Positions 18,465-26,846 of a stretch of DNA of 64,000 nucleotides are shown piece after piece. Numbering within the stretch: position 1 is the stretch's first letter; each line of letters opens with the position of its first letter. The notes under the pieces were generated by a model. That model was given only the letters and a program-made list of their open reading frames with translations, was not told the DNA's origin and ran no database searches. The DNA is taken from contig DYTO01000002.1 of assembly GCA_020725895.1 (NCBI GenBank), positions 3,966-67,965 on the forward strand. The letters run 5' to 3'. The translations under genes and the position numbers were made by a program. The stretch comes from Candidatus Hadarchaeum sp. (GTDB lineage: Archaea; Hadarchaeota; Hadarchaeia; Hadarchaeales; Hadarchaeaceae).

Positions 18465-18752
18465 TCAAACTACTTCGAGTTTGCCGTATATCCCAGAGCT
18501 CACGTACGTCTCGTCGCGGAATGCCCTCGCGTACCCGTTGGTTATCTTGATCTTGGCGCCGACCTTCACCTTCTCTATGTCCGCGTCCCAGACCGAGACC
18601 TTTATCTTCCCACTCTCGTCCTTGCCAATCGCCGTCATCACTCTGCCTTCCTTGCCGTCTCTGCGAGTGTAGTTCCTCGGTTCCTCGGTTTCCACGATGT
18701 TGAGCTCGACGTCTATCTTGCGGGCCCCAGGGTTGATTTCACTAACTTTCAT
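18465..18752 (-). CDS. OB-fold nucleic-acid-binding protein (RPA/SSB-like single OB domain)
   Basis: A 95-aa ORF inserted between spt5 and rpl11. Its pattern of strands, GRVMTAIGKDESGKIKVSVWDADIEKVKVGAKIKITNGYA, is OB-like. Confidence 0.5.
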   Translation of the reverse strand: MKVSEINPGARKIDVELNIVETEEPRNYTRRDGKEGRVMTAIGKDESGKIKVSVWDADIEKVKVGAKIKITNGYARAFRDETYVSSGIYGKLEVV

Positions 18753-19240
18753 TTCTTCTTCTCCTCCTTCTTTTGTATCACCTTGACCGCGTCTCCGCGA
18801 ACGGTGACAGGAATCGGGACCGTGGCCTCGAAGAGCTCCACGGTGATCTCCTCTTTGGACTCGTCGATCCTTATGATTTTTGCGCGCTCGCCCCTGAACG
18901 GCCCTGAGATAAGTTCAACGATGTCGTCCTCCTCCATGCCGGTGATCGAAGGCCTCGGTGTCAGGAATCCCTCGAGCTGCTCTATCGGGACCTCCCCGCC
19001 GACCAGACCCTTCGCGTGCTTGACACCCGACCTCACCCTCTCGACGACCGACTTCCCGCCGAGAACCTCGACGAAAACGTAACCGTTGATGTCCGGAGGC
19101 GCGAGCACAGCCACGACGCCGAGGTTGAAGTTCTTCGCCCTGGCGTTTATCATGTCCGCGGCGTTCTTCTCCTGGCCGACGGTAGTCCTGATCGCGAATA
19201 TCTGCGGCTTGGGCGCTTCCTCGATCGGTTTCTCTTCCAT
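18749..19240 (-). CDS. spt5: transcription elongation factor Spt5 (NusG)
   Basis: An NGN domain plus a KOW motif, GERAKIIRIDESKEEITVEL. It sits in the canonical position. Confidence 0.9.
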   Translation of the reverse strand: MEEKPIEEAPKPQIFAIRTTVGQEKNAADMINARAKNFNLGVVAVLAPPDINGYVFVEVLGGKSVVERVRSGVKHAKGLVGGEVPIEQLEGFLTPRPSITGMEEDDIVELISGPFRGERAKIIRIDESKEEITVELFEATVPIPVTVRGDAVKVIQKKEEKKK

Positions 19241-19413
19241 CAGACCAGCCTTGAAAACTGGGTGAAATAGCTGATTAGCATTATGACGAAACCGATGGCT
19301 CCGATCAACAATATTCCAAGCCCGGAGATCTTCACGACCTGCATGTACTCGTCCTTCTCAGGTTTCTTCGCCACTTGGAAAAGGCGCTTGCAGTTCTGCA
19401 GGAATTCTCTCAT
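19240..19413 (-). CDS. secE: preprotein translocase subunit SecE (Sec61 gamma)
   Basis: A 57-aa ORF not in the supplied track, reading MREFLQNCKRLFQVAKKPEKDEYMQVVKISGLGILLIGAIGFVIMLISYFTQFSRLV. Its TGA overlaps the spt5 ATG. It lies between ftsZ and spt5. Confidence 0.8.
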   Translation of the reverse strand: MREFLQNCKRLFQVAKKPEKDEYMQVVKISGLGILLIGAIGFVIMLISYFTQFSRLV

Positions 19414-20543
19414 CAGACTTGCTCCAAACCCAAATCAATGTTCTGGATCTTGCGCTGGGGCTTCTCCGACGGCCCGACGGCGTACGGCGAGTGGACGCCC
19501 GACAGTATCACCATGACGCGGATTGTGTTCTTCATGTCCTCGGATATCTGGGCGCCCCACTTCACGTTTGCCTCCGGGTTTAGGGCCTCCGTGACCTTCG
19601 ACACAATCCTCCCGGCTTCCGTCAGCGTCAGGTCGGGGCTTCCTATGATGTTGACCAGGGCGCCTCTCGAGTCCGTGACGTCGACGTCAAGCAGCGGGTT
19701 GTTGAGCGCATCCTGCACGGCCTCGTCAGCCCTGTTTGGCGAGTCCGATTCTCCTATTCCGACCGCAGCGACGCCGCTGTTCTGCAGGACCGTTTTCACG
19801 TCCGCGAAGTCGCAGTTGACCAAGCCTGGCTTGGTTATCACTTCGGTCACTCCCTTGACCGCGTCTGTGAGGACGGTGTCCGCGAATTCGAACGCCGCGC
19901 CAAGCGGAAGGTCCGGGGCGAGTTGTATGAGCTTGTCATTCGGGATGACCACGACGCTGTCCGTGACGTTCTTCAACTTTTCGAGCCCCTGCTCCGCGTT
20001 CGTCTTCCTCCTGGCTCCCTCCACGGTGAAGGGAAGCGTCACAACACCCACCGTCAGGGCCCCGAGCTTCCTTGAGATCTCGGCGACTATTGGCGCCGCC
20101 CCCGTCCCAGTGCCACCGCCAAGCCCGCAAGTGATGAGTACCATGTCCGCGCCGTAGAGGTGGTCCTTGATCGTGGCGTCGTCCTCCCTTGCCGCCGCGT
20201 CACCCTTTTCCGGGTTGTTTCCGGCGCCAAGGCCACCGGTCACATCGCGGCCGATCAGGACTTTCCTGTCGCATGCCGTGTAAATGAGATCCTGAGCATC
20301 TGTGTTGACAGCTATCGTCTCCGCACCCTCGATTCCGACCTTCATCATCCTGGACAGCGTGTTGCATCCGGCCCCGCCGACTCCCACCACCATTATCCTG
20401 GCCTTTGCCTGGCGCAGGATCTGTTCGAGTTCCTCGTTTGTGGTGCCCTTGGGGGCCTCTGAAGATTTCGCCCTCTGCTTGGGCGACGCTATCCCGGGTT
20501 TTAACATGAACCCTGTTTTTGGACTGAAAGTTTCGTCTGGCAA
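19413..20543 (-). CDS. ftsZ: cell division GTPase FtsZ
   Basis: It carries the tubulin signature GGGTGTGAAPIVAEI and the T7 loop. Confidence 0.95.
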   Translation of the reverse strand: MPDETFSPKTGFMLKPGIASPKQRAKSSEAPKGTTNEELEQILRQAKARIMVVGVGGAGCNTLSRMMKVGIEGAETIAVNTDAQDLIYTACDRKVLIGRDVTGGLGAGNNPEKGDAAAREDDATIKDHLYGADMVLITCGLGGGTGTGAAPIVAEISRKLGALTVGVVTLPFTVEGARRKTNAEQGLEKLKNVTDSVVVIPNDKLIQLAPDLPLGAAFEFADTVLTDAVKGVTEVITKPGLVNCDFADVKTVLQNSGVAAVGIGESDSPNRADEAVQDALNNPLLDVDVTDSRGALVNIIGSPDLTLTEAGRIVSKVTEALNPEANVKWGAQISEDMKNTIRVMVILSGVHSPYAVGPSEKPQRKIQNIDLGLEQV

Positions 20544-20586
20544 CCTAACACCTGCGTTTTGAGTTTACCAACCATTGATTTAAAGT

Positions 20587-21363
20587 TTATCCAAGGCCCC
20601 CGGCCCGGACCACCTCAAGCCCGAGCTTTTCCGAGATTATTTTGCACGTTTCCCTCTGGTCGGCGGTCGCCCCCTTCCTGTCGAGGAGCAGGACTTCCAC
20701 TTTCCCCGCCGTCCTCGCGATTGCTTTCTCAATGAGGGCCTCGTTCGTCGCCGCGTATTTGGGGATTATGTGGCCGGTGCCGATGTCTGTCTTCAGGACG
20801 ACTTCAGTGTGGAGTGGAGCGTAGTGGATCCCACCTATCGCCAGCGCCCGCCTGCAGTCGGTCCCGCCCTCGGCAGCGACCATTATCGCGCTCGCGGCAG
20901 CCTCGCCGGCCTTTCTGTCTTCCCACTGCTCGGGCAGGCTCCCGATCTCGACGAATGTCACGGGAACGTTGAAATGGGTCGGTCCGTGATGAGTGGCCTC
21001 GAGAGAGACCTGGTAATCTGGCGCGAACTCGTCTTGCAAAGCCGCAAGTTCCTTGAGGGCGGCTTTTATCGTCGGAGGCGATGAGATTGCAAGTTCGCCA
21101 TTGTCCAAGAATCCGGGGGCGTGGACAGTCAGAGACTGCCGCCCCGACTCGCTGGCGTGCCTCGACGCCACGATTATCTCCTCTGCTTTGGCGGGGAGCT
21201 CGAGAAGCTTCGTAGTTTCTCCCTCTATATTCAGGAGAGTGATGTCGCCCCTCGCGTAGGCGTTCTTCTGGGACGGGGATCTTTCGAATTCGTGGTTTTC
21301 AATGAGCCTTTCCGCGATGTTCCGCGCTGCGAGGTCCTTCATGGATGCCAAGATCAGCTTCAT
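20587..21363 (-). CDS. dtdA: D-aminoacyl-tRNA deacylase, archaeal type (DtdA-like)
   Basis: 258 aa. Its length and the conserved block GIHYAPLHTEVV...GTGHIIPKY fit the archaeal DTD family. Confidence 0.55.
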   Translation of the reverse strand: MKLILASMKDLAARNIAERLIENHEFERSPSQKNAYARGDITLLNIEGETTKLLELPAKAEEIIVASRHASESGRQSLTVHAPGFLDNGELAISSPPTIKAALKELAALQDEFAPDYQVSLEATHHGPTHFNVPVTFVEIGSLPEQWEDRKAGEAAASAIMVAAEGGTDCRRALAIGGIHYAPLHTEVVLKTDIGTGHIIPKYAATNEALIEKAIARTAGKVEVLLLDRKGATADQRETCKIISEKLGLEVVRAGGLG

Positions 21364-21471
21364 TGTTCCATTCCTTCAAATAGATTCCACCGCGTTTCGT
21401 ATAAAAACAGATTTGAAATAACACACAACAGAAAACGTTTATTAACCTCGCGCAAATCTTCCTTCGGTAGA

Positions 21472-21939
21472 ATGAAAGTCCTCATTCAGGGACTTGGCGA
21501 GGTTCCAGCCACCGTCGAGTACGCAATTGAAAAGGAGAAGGCGGACGTCTCGTATATCCTGTGCTCCAAATACCAGATGAACAATATCGCTTCGAGCGCC
21601 GGGTACAAGCAGCCGAGCCAGGTCGTGATCGAAAGTGTCGCGAAAAAGGTCGGCACGAAGATAGTCTGGAAGATTTGTGACATTTTTGATGTCAAGTCGA
21701 TAGAGAACGCGATCGCGGAGATTTTCAAGAAGGTCAAGCCGAAGGACGAGGTCGTCGTGAACTACACGGGCGGCGCGGCGAGCGTCAAGCTCCTGATGGG
21801 ACTGGGTGCCATGCTCGTCCAGACGAAGTCGCAAGTCAGGCTCGTCTACGCGCTCAGGTACAAGGCAGGGACAGAGGTCTACCTCGATCAGACGGAGGAC
21901 CTGAAGGACATTTTCAAGAGGCTGCGCAAGATCAAGTGA
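21472..21939 (+). CDS. hypothetical Rossmann-like protein, possibly a stand-alone CARF-like domain
   Basis: 155 aa. The N-terminus VLIQGLGEVPATVEYAI..DVSYILCS and the block VVVNYTGGAASVKLLMGLGAML resemble the CARF/SAVED-type ligand-binding Rossmann pattern. The ORF-track start at 21121 overlaps dtdA, so the Met at 21472 was used. Confidence 0.35.
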   Translation: MKVLIQGLGEVPATVEYAIEKEKADVSYILCSKYQMNNIASSAGYKQPSQVVIESVAKKVGTKIVWKICDIFDVKSIENAIAEIFKKVKPKDEVVVNYTGGAASVKLLMGLGAMLVQTKSQVRLVYALRYKAGTEVYLDQTEDLKDIFKRLRKIK

Positions 21940-21946
21940 ATTTCAG

Positions 21947-22043
21947 TGGTGGGCCCGAAGGGATTCGAACCCTTGACCACCCGGTTATGAGCTTCGTCCG
22001 GTTTTCGCCGTCGGACGCTCTAACCTAGCTGAGCTACGGGCCC
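21947..22043 (-). tRNA. tRNA-Met (CAU) candidate with a 19-nt non-canonical intron between positions 30 and 31
   Basis: The minus-strand sequence is GGGCCCG-UA-GCUC AGCUAGGUUA GAGC-G-UCCG[ACGGCGAAAACCGGACGAA]G-CUCAUAA-CCGGG-UGGUC-AAGGG UUCGAAU CCCUU-CGGGCCC-A-CCA. Removing the bracketed segment gives the anticodon stem UCCGG/CCGGG. Confidence 0.6.
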
Positions 22044-22774
22044 TATCGGTTCTATGTTGCCTGCTCTAAAATACGTTTTTGAACGGGTGTAATACCATTT
22101 GTAAAGCTTACCGTTCGATTTTTTTACGTTGGCCTTCAGTGGCGAAAATTCAACGCCCAGAAATTTACGGCTCAATACAATTACTTGGTTGAGAAAACGT
22201 CTATCTTTCTGGACTATTGTTACACACGATCCAGCAACATGTCCATCAGAATCTATTAGGCCGCGCAAGAACTGTTCGAAAAAATCTCGTTTCCACACTA
22301 CTAAAGGAACTTTGAGTTTGCCATATTTGAGATCTATTGGGACGCCCAAACTGACAAAATACGCGTAAATAACTACGCTATCTACTCTCAACTCTAGCCA
22401 ACTTTTATGTTCACGCTCTTGATTATCTTTGGAAAATACAAAAAATTCTTCGCAAAAATGCTCGAAATATGTTTGGCTTGCGCTTTACCCTCAGTTGAGT
22501 TTGGTGCGTAGATTGAGAGCGTATATCTGGCACCGCCACATTTTCTTGGCTGCGGCGTTTTCAAACATCCGTCTCCACAAAGAACACCTAACAAATATGC
22601 AATGTCTCGCGTAACAGAAGGGACGGATATTTTGTTTTTTGATCTTTTAACGACGAATTTGTTATAATCGTCAAGTCTATACTCGATATTCCATTCATTA
22701 AGTAAGTTTATCACATCGTTTTGGTGTTGACTTTGCATATTACCAAGATGAGTTTTTACGTTGGGTTTAAGCAA
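22020..22774 (-). pseudogene. LAGLIDADG homing-endonuclease-like gene disrupted by a frameshift (two ORFs, 126 aa + 123 aa)
   Basis: The upstream ORF carries IAYLLGVLCGDGCL and the downstream ORF carries LRGLIDSDGHV. Together they span 250 codons, the same as the intact paralog at 55745..56497. The downstream ORF is in the +2 frame and overlaps the 5' 24 nt of tRNA-Met. Confidence 0.6.
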
Positions 22775-22846
22775 GTTTCAGGGAGGAGTCACCGAAAGTA
22801 TTCTTAAAAGCCGCGGGTGACGATTAGATTTGGTGGAAATTTGCAT

Positions 22847-23827
22847 GTGAAAATTCTCACTCACGGCGACGCCGACGGCATCTGTTCCGCGGCAATCGCG
22901 AAATCCAGGTTCCCGGAAGCGGACATCTGGTTCACGAGGCCCGTCAACCTCCTGCGTGACCTGAACGAGATAGAGATCGGCACGATGGTCCTGATCTGCG
23001 ACATCGCGATAAGCGAGTCCCACAAGGACAATATTTTCAAGAGGATCAGGGAACTCGCCCAGAAGGACGAGGTCGTCTACATCGACCACCACCCGCTCCC
23101 AGACCACACTCTGAAGAAGGACATTCCGGCCACGCAGATTGCGATCGAGAGCGGCGTCAGCTCATCCGAGTTGACTTTCAGGCTTCTCATCAGGGACGCA
23201 AAGTCCGACCTCGACAGGGTCGCCCTCTGGGGCGCGATAGCAGACTACTGCGAGAACACCGACTTCGTCCACGTGGGGATGGACAAGTACGACAGGAGGA
23301 CGATATACCTCGAGGCGGGGCTTCTCAGCCAGGCGCTTGGCGAGGCGGCCGGCGACTACAACTACAAGCGGGACGTCGTGGTCGCGCTTGCGAAGTGCAT
23401 CCCGCCTAGCGAGATCCCTGAAATCGTCGATAACGCGCTGAAGGCGACGAAGCGCGAGTGGGAGGTCTACTCATATGTGAAGTCGCACGTGAAGATGGAT
23501 GGCAACCTAGCGATAATGTACGACCTGCCTTCGGGCAGCCTCGGGAAGGCGGCGCTCTACGCGATGGGGATAACCGGCGCGGACATCGGGATATGCACGC
23601 GCAGGGACGAGGACGAGATCGACGTCAGCATAAGGCGCAAGGCCGACATCCGCGTCGACCTCAACGACATGCTCAGGCACATCACGGCGAGGATAGGCGG
23701 CTCGGGAGGAGGCCACGTCGGTGCGGCGGGCGCGACGATCCCGGCGGCGATTTTCGAGAATTTCATAGACATGGTGAAGAAGGAAGTCTCGCCGATTTTC
23801 TTGAGGAGACCCGATGAAAGGGCCTAG
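22847..23827 (+). CDS. DHH-family phosphoesterase (NrnA/RecJ-like, DHH + DHHA1)
   Basis: HGDADGICSAAI, DHH and the GGGH motif GGSGGGHVGAAG are present. The ORF track starts at 22817, and GTG at 22847 gives MKILTHGDADG. Confidence 0.8.
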   Translation: MKILTHGDADGICSAAIAKSRFPEADIWFTRPVNLLRDLNEIEIGTMVLICDIAISESHKDNIFKRIRELAQKDEVVYIDHHPLPDHTLKKDIPATQIAIESGVSSSELTFRLLIRDAKSDLDRVALWGAIADYCENTDFVHVGMDKYDRRTIYLEAGLLSQALGEAAGDYNYKRDVVVALAKCIPPSEIPEIVDNALKATKREWEVYSYVKSHVKMDGNLAIMYDLPSGSLGKAALYAMGITGADIGICTRRDEDEIDVSIRRKADIRVDLNDMLRHITARIGGSGGGHVGAAGATIPAAIFENFIDMVKKEVSPIFLRRPDERA

Positions 23828-24813
23828 CTCAGCAGGTCTATCTTCATCCCGACTTTCATTTTGATTGCTTTCTTGTAGACGACCCAGTCTGTGGCGATGT
23901 CCTGCACTGCGAGCCCCGTGGAATCAAAGACCGTCACCTCGTTCTTCGAAGTTCGACCGGATTTCTTGCCGGTGACGATTTCCCCGAGGTCGCAGTATAT
24001 GTCTGCGCGCGCGATCTCCCCCTGCGCGAGCGGGACGTTGACCTCGCCGCTGTGTATCGCCTGCTGGATGTCGTCGACAACGACCTTGGCGCGCTGCAGG
24101 ATCTTTGGGTCGAGCTCCTGCTTTCCCGGTGCGTCCGCTCCGATCGCGTTTATGTGCGTGCCCTTCGAGATCCATTCGTCCATCACGAGCGGTTTCCTGG
24201 AAGGCGTTGTCGTCACGACTATGTCGGCGCCGTTCACGGTTTTTTCCGTGCTGTCGTAAACGTCGATCTTGACGCCGATCTCCTTCCCCATCTCCTTCGC
24301 GTACCGTTCGGCGTTTTTTCTTGAAATGTCTTCGACTCGGATTTCCTCCGCTTCGAAGAGGCTCTTGATAGCGATGAGCTGGGTCCTCGCCTGGATGCCC
24401 GCGCCGACGAACGCCAGGATTTTGGAGTTCTTCCTCGCGAGGTACTTCGCGGCGACGGCCCCGGCGGCGCCCGTGCGGAAGTTCGTGATCGCTGTGCCGT
24501 CCATTATCGCCAGCGGCATCCCCGTTTTAGGGTCGAGCAGGATTATCGTGGCCATTACTGTGGGCAGCCCGAATTTTTTCGGGTTGTTTGGGTGGGCGTT
24601 CACTATCTTCACTCCCGCCGCGTCCAGATTCTCGAGGTAGGCCGGCATCACGCGGAAGTCGCCGTGGTACTTTTCGAAGAAGACGTATGATTTCGGTGGC
24701 ATCTGCGTCTTGCCAAACCCCTTGGCGCGGAAGGCCTCCTCCACCGCGTGAATCGCCTCCTTCATGGACAGGAGGTTTTCTACTTCTCTCCTGCGCAGGA
24801 ACAGAACCTTCAA
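23824..24813 (-). CDS. ornithine cyclodeaminase/mu-crystallin family enzyme (archaeal alanine dehydrogenase-like)
   Basis: 329 aa with an OCD-family fold and a Rossmann GxGxQA motif, AFVGAGIQARTQ. Confidence 0.75.
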   Translation of the reverse strand: MKVLFLRRREVENLLSMKEAIHAVEEAFRAKGFGKTQMPPKSYVFFEKYHGDFRVMPAYLENLDAAGVKIVNAHPNNPKKFGLPTVMATIILLDPKTGMPLAIMDGTAITNFRTGAAGAVAAKYLARKNSKILAFVGAGIQARTQLIAIKSLFEAEEIRVEDISRKNAERYAKEMGKEIGVKIDVYDSTEKTVNGADIVVTTTPSRKPLVMDEWISKGTHINAIGADAPGKQELDPKILQRAKVVVDDIQQAIHSGEVNVPLAQGEIARADIYCDLGEIVTGKKSGRTSKNEVTVFDSTGLAVQDIATDWVVYKKAIKMKVGMKIDLLS

Positions 24814-24869
24814 CCCACCACCATGATTACTTTGTTTTGCGTCGGTTTATGTTTTTCCTTTCAAAAAAA

Positions 24870-25024
24870 TGGCGCCGGGGAGAGGACTCGAACCTCTGAC
24901 CTCCTGGTCGCTGCTCACAAGCGCGTCGTACCTTCTGTTGAGGTTCGTTCATCATCCGCGCTTGGTTTTAACAGCCAGGCACGCTACCTACTGCGCCATC
25001 GAGCCGCTTTCGCGGTACCCCGGC
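24870..25024 (-). tRNA. tRNA-Asn (GUU) with two introns: a 19-nt insertion after position 9 and a 60-nt canonical intron after position 37
   Basis: Minus strand: GCCGGGG-UA-[CCGCGAAAGCGGCUCGAUG]-GCGC AGUAGGUA GCGU-G-CCUGG-CUGUUA[60 nt]A-CCAGG-AGGUC-AGAGG UUCGAGU CCUCU-CCCCGGC-G-CCA. The large intron contains GGAUGAUGA, which is box-C-like. Confidence 0.65.
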
Positions 25025-25109
25025 GCATCCGGCGCCAAAGGATAATCCAATCTTTTCCATATAAGGCATTTCGGCAAACGAGGTCGCCGGCGCGAAAATT
25101 GTGGTGGTG

Positions 25110-25201
25110 CGGGCCCGCTGGGATTTGAACCCGGATTTCTCCCTGTCTGCCATTGACAGGGTTAGCGGGGGAGTAGACTATACTGGTTGTCTTACGGGCC
25201 C
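25110..25201 (-). tRNA. tRNA-like locus (intron-containing tRNA or tRNA pseudogene; anticodon unresolved)
   Basis: The acceptor stem GGGCCCG/CGGGCCC and a T-arm GGGUUCAAAUCCC are clear. The D-loop lacks GG and the T-stem has one mismatch. About 18 extra nt in the anticodon region cannot be spliced to give U33. Confidence 0.35.
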
Positions 25202-25245
25202 ACCTCGCTGAAAATTTTTTAGGCGAGCTTAACAGAAGTTTACTC

Positions 25246-25283
25246 AGCGGGGGAGTAGACCGTCCCGTGGGTTGTCATACGGG
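25246..25283. repeat. partial duplicate of the 5' part of the adjacent tRNA-like gene
   Basis: AGCGGGGGAGTAGAC...TTGTC.TACGGG occurs at 25164-25198 and again at 25246-25283. The 15-nt core is identical. The second copy is followed by a T-tract. Confidence 0.5.
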
Positions 25284-25364
25284 ATTTTTTATTTCATTCG
25301 ATCTAGTGTTCACGATATTTCTCGCCGCTCATTTGCGCGGAGGCCGCTTATAAATAGAGAAAAA

Positions 25365-26159
25365 TCACTTTTTCAGCGCGTCTAGCCCTCTGAGCATTCT
25401 CTCAAAAGAAGTTTGGAGATTTTTTTCGTTATCGAACTTTGCCAACTTTTTCAGATTCGCCCGCTCGACAAAAGATAATTTTTTGGCAGTTTTGACCATC
25501 AAAAGCAAGGCGCGCGAGATGTTGTCGACGATTGTGATGTCGGCCGCTCGCGCGGTCCTCGACATCGGGTTCAAGTCTATCGCGATGACAAGCTTGCCCG
25601 ACTTCTTGAGCGCCTCCGTCCTGTCGCCGTCTTCGAGCGGCACGAGAACCACGTCTGCTTTAGCGATCCCGCGGCTGTCGACCTTCCGCCTGTCGCTTTG
25701 GATCTCTTTTATCCTCACAGAAAATTTCTTTTCAGCGCCGAGGACCTCCCGCGCCCCGTGCTTTTTCAACCATCGGGATATCCTCTTCTCCCTCGCGCTC
25801 GAGCCGTGGAACAGATTTACTTCCAGCTTCGAATTAGTTATTTTGCAAAGTTCGACGACCTCTCCAGGGACGAGCGCCGCGACGTTCCCGTTCACCGATA
25901 TCACGGGGTTCTTCGCGAGCAAGAGCGACGCCACCGCAGCATCGATTGCCTCCTTGGCGGCAGCGCTCGTTTTCTCCCCCAGCAGGTAGTCGAAAGCCTC
26001 ACCTCTTCCGTGCGCAGCCAGCCCCTCGGGGATTACCAGCCCCGTCTTGAAACCCTCGGAAATCCTCTCCCTCAGACGAAGGGACTCCGCCCTGGGGTGC
26101 TTTTGTGATATTTCACTCATCGTAGAACCGATTTCCCCCCAACCCAAAAGCTTTTTCAT
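25365..26159 (-). CDS. 4-phosphopantoate--beta-alanine ligase (archaeal phosphopantothenate synthetase)
   Basis: The conserved GRGEAFDYLLGE block and a ~260-aa length match archaeal PPS (COG1701). Confidence 0.7.
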   Translation of the reverse strand: MKKLLGWGEIGSTMSEISQKHPRAESLRLRERISEGFKTGLVIPEGLAAHGRGEAFDYLLGEKTSAAAKEAIDAAVASLLLAKNPVISVNGNVAALVPGEVVELCKITNSKLEVNLFHGSSAREKRISRWLKKHGAREVLGAEKKFSVRIKEIQSDRRKVDSRGIAKADVVLVPLEDGDRTEALKKSGKLVIAIDLNPMSRTARAADITIVDNISRALLLMVKTAKKLSFVERANLKKLAKFDNEKNLQTSFERMLRGLDALKK

Positions 26160-26186
26160 ACCAATCTGTTTTTTTATCTGGTAGGA

Positions 26187-26840
26187 ATGAGCGATAAAGA
26201 CATCATCTGGCCTATCATGGCCTTGGCAGCGGCGGTAGTTGCTCTAGGGGTATCCATCTATTCCAGCCCCTTGGTCATGGGAGTTGCGATACCTACTCTT
26301 CTGGTGTCAATAGCCGTCGTGCGCCAGTACCTCGAAAGGATAAAGATACGGGAGGAGGACATCCCCCTCGAGGATTTCTCATGGTGGGCCGACGTGGGCG
26401 AGCCAGCGGGGACCCTATTGAGCCTGAAGCCCGGTGAAGAGGTGATGGCCACCCAAGTGGTCGCCAGCGATTTCAAGAACCTATCGAGGAACGCCGACCT
26501 TCTAAGCAGCAGACTTAGGCTTCTTGTCGGGCGGAGGGAGTTCATAAACTTCAGCCCGGATTTCACCAACGACTCTTGGAAGGTCGCGCATTCGCTCGCC
26601 GATCTTGCGAGATCGATCGAGACGAGTGGAATGATAGAGTCGGAGCTTTACAAGACCATAGAGCAGCACGCGGCGCGCTTCGACAGGATGGCGAACAAGC
26701 TTTTCGAGTACGAGAAGGACAAGTCGGAGACCATTCACATATACATAGACCCGCTACGCAGGGCATCCGAGAAACTCTCCCGCGATCTGAGGAAAGCGGC
26801 TTCGAACCTCTACAAATTCGAGAAGCGGAAATCTCCGTGA
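26187..26840 (+). CDS. hypothetical membrane-anchored protein
   Basis: 217 aa with two N-terminal TM helices followed by a charged coiled region. Confidence 0.5.
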   Translation: MSDKDIIWPIMALAAAVVALGVSIYSSPLVMGVAIPTLLVSIAVVRQYLERIKIREEDIPLEDFSWWADVGEPAGTLLSLKPGEEVMATQVVASDFKNLSRNADLLSSRLRLLVGRREFINFSPDFTNDSWKVAHSLADLARSIETSGMIESELYKTIEQHAARFDRMANKLFEYEKDKSETIHIYIDPLRRASEKLSRDLRKAASNLYKFEKRKSP

Positions 26841-26846
26841 TGGTTC

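Noticed and set aside
21121-21471. N-terminal 117 codons of ORF 21121-21939
   Set aside because: This part overlaps the convergent or divergent dtdA gene on the other strand and is Arg/Leu-rich with low complexity. The conserved Rossmann-like sequence begins at the Met at 21472.
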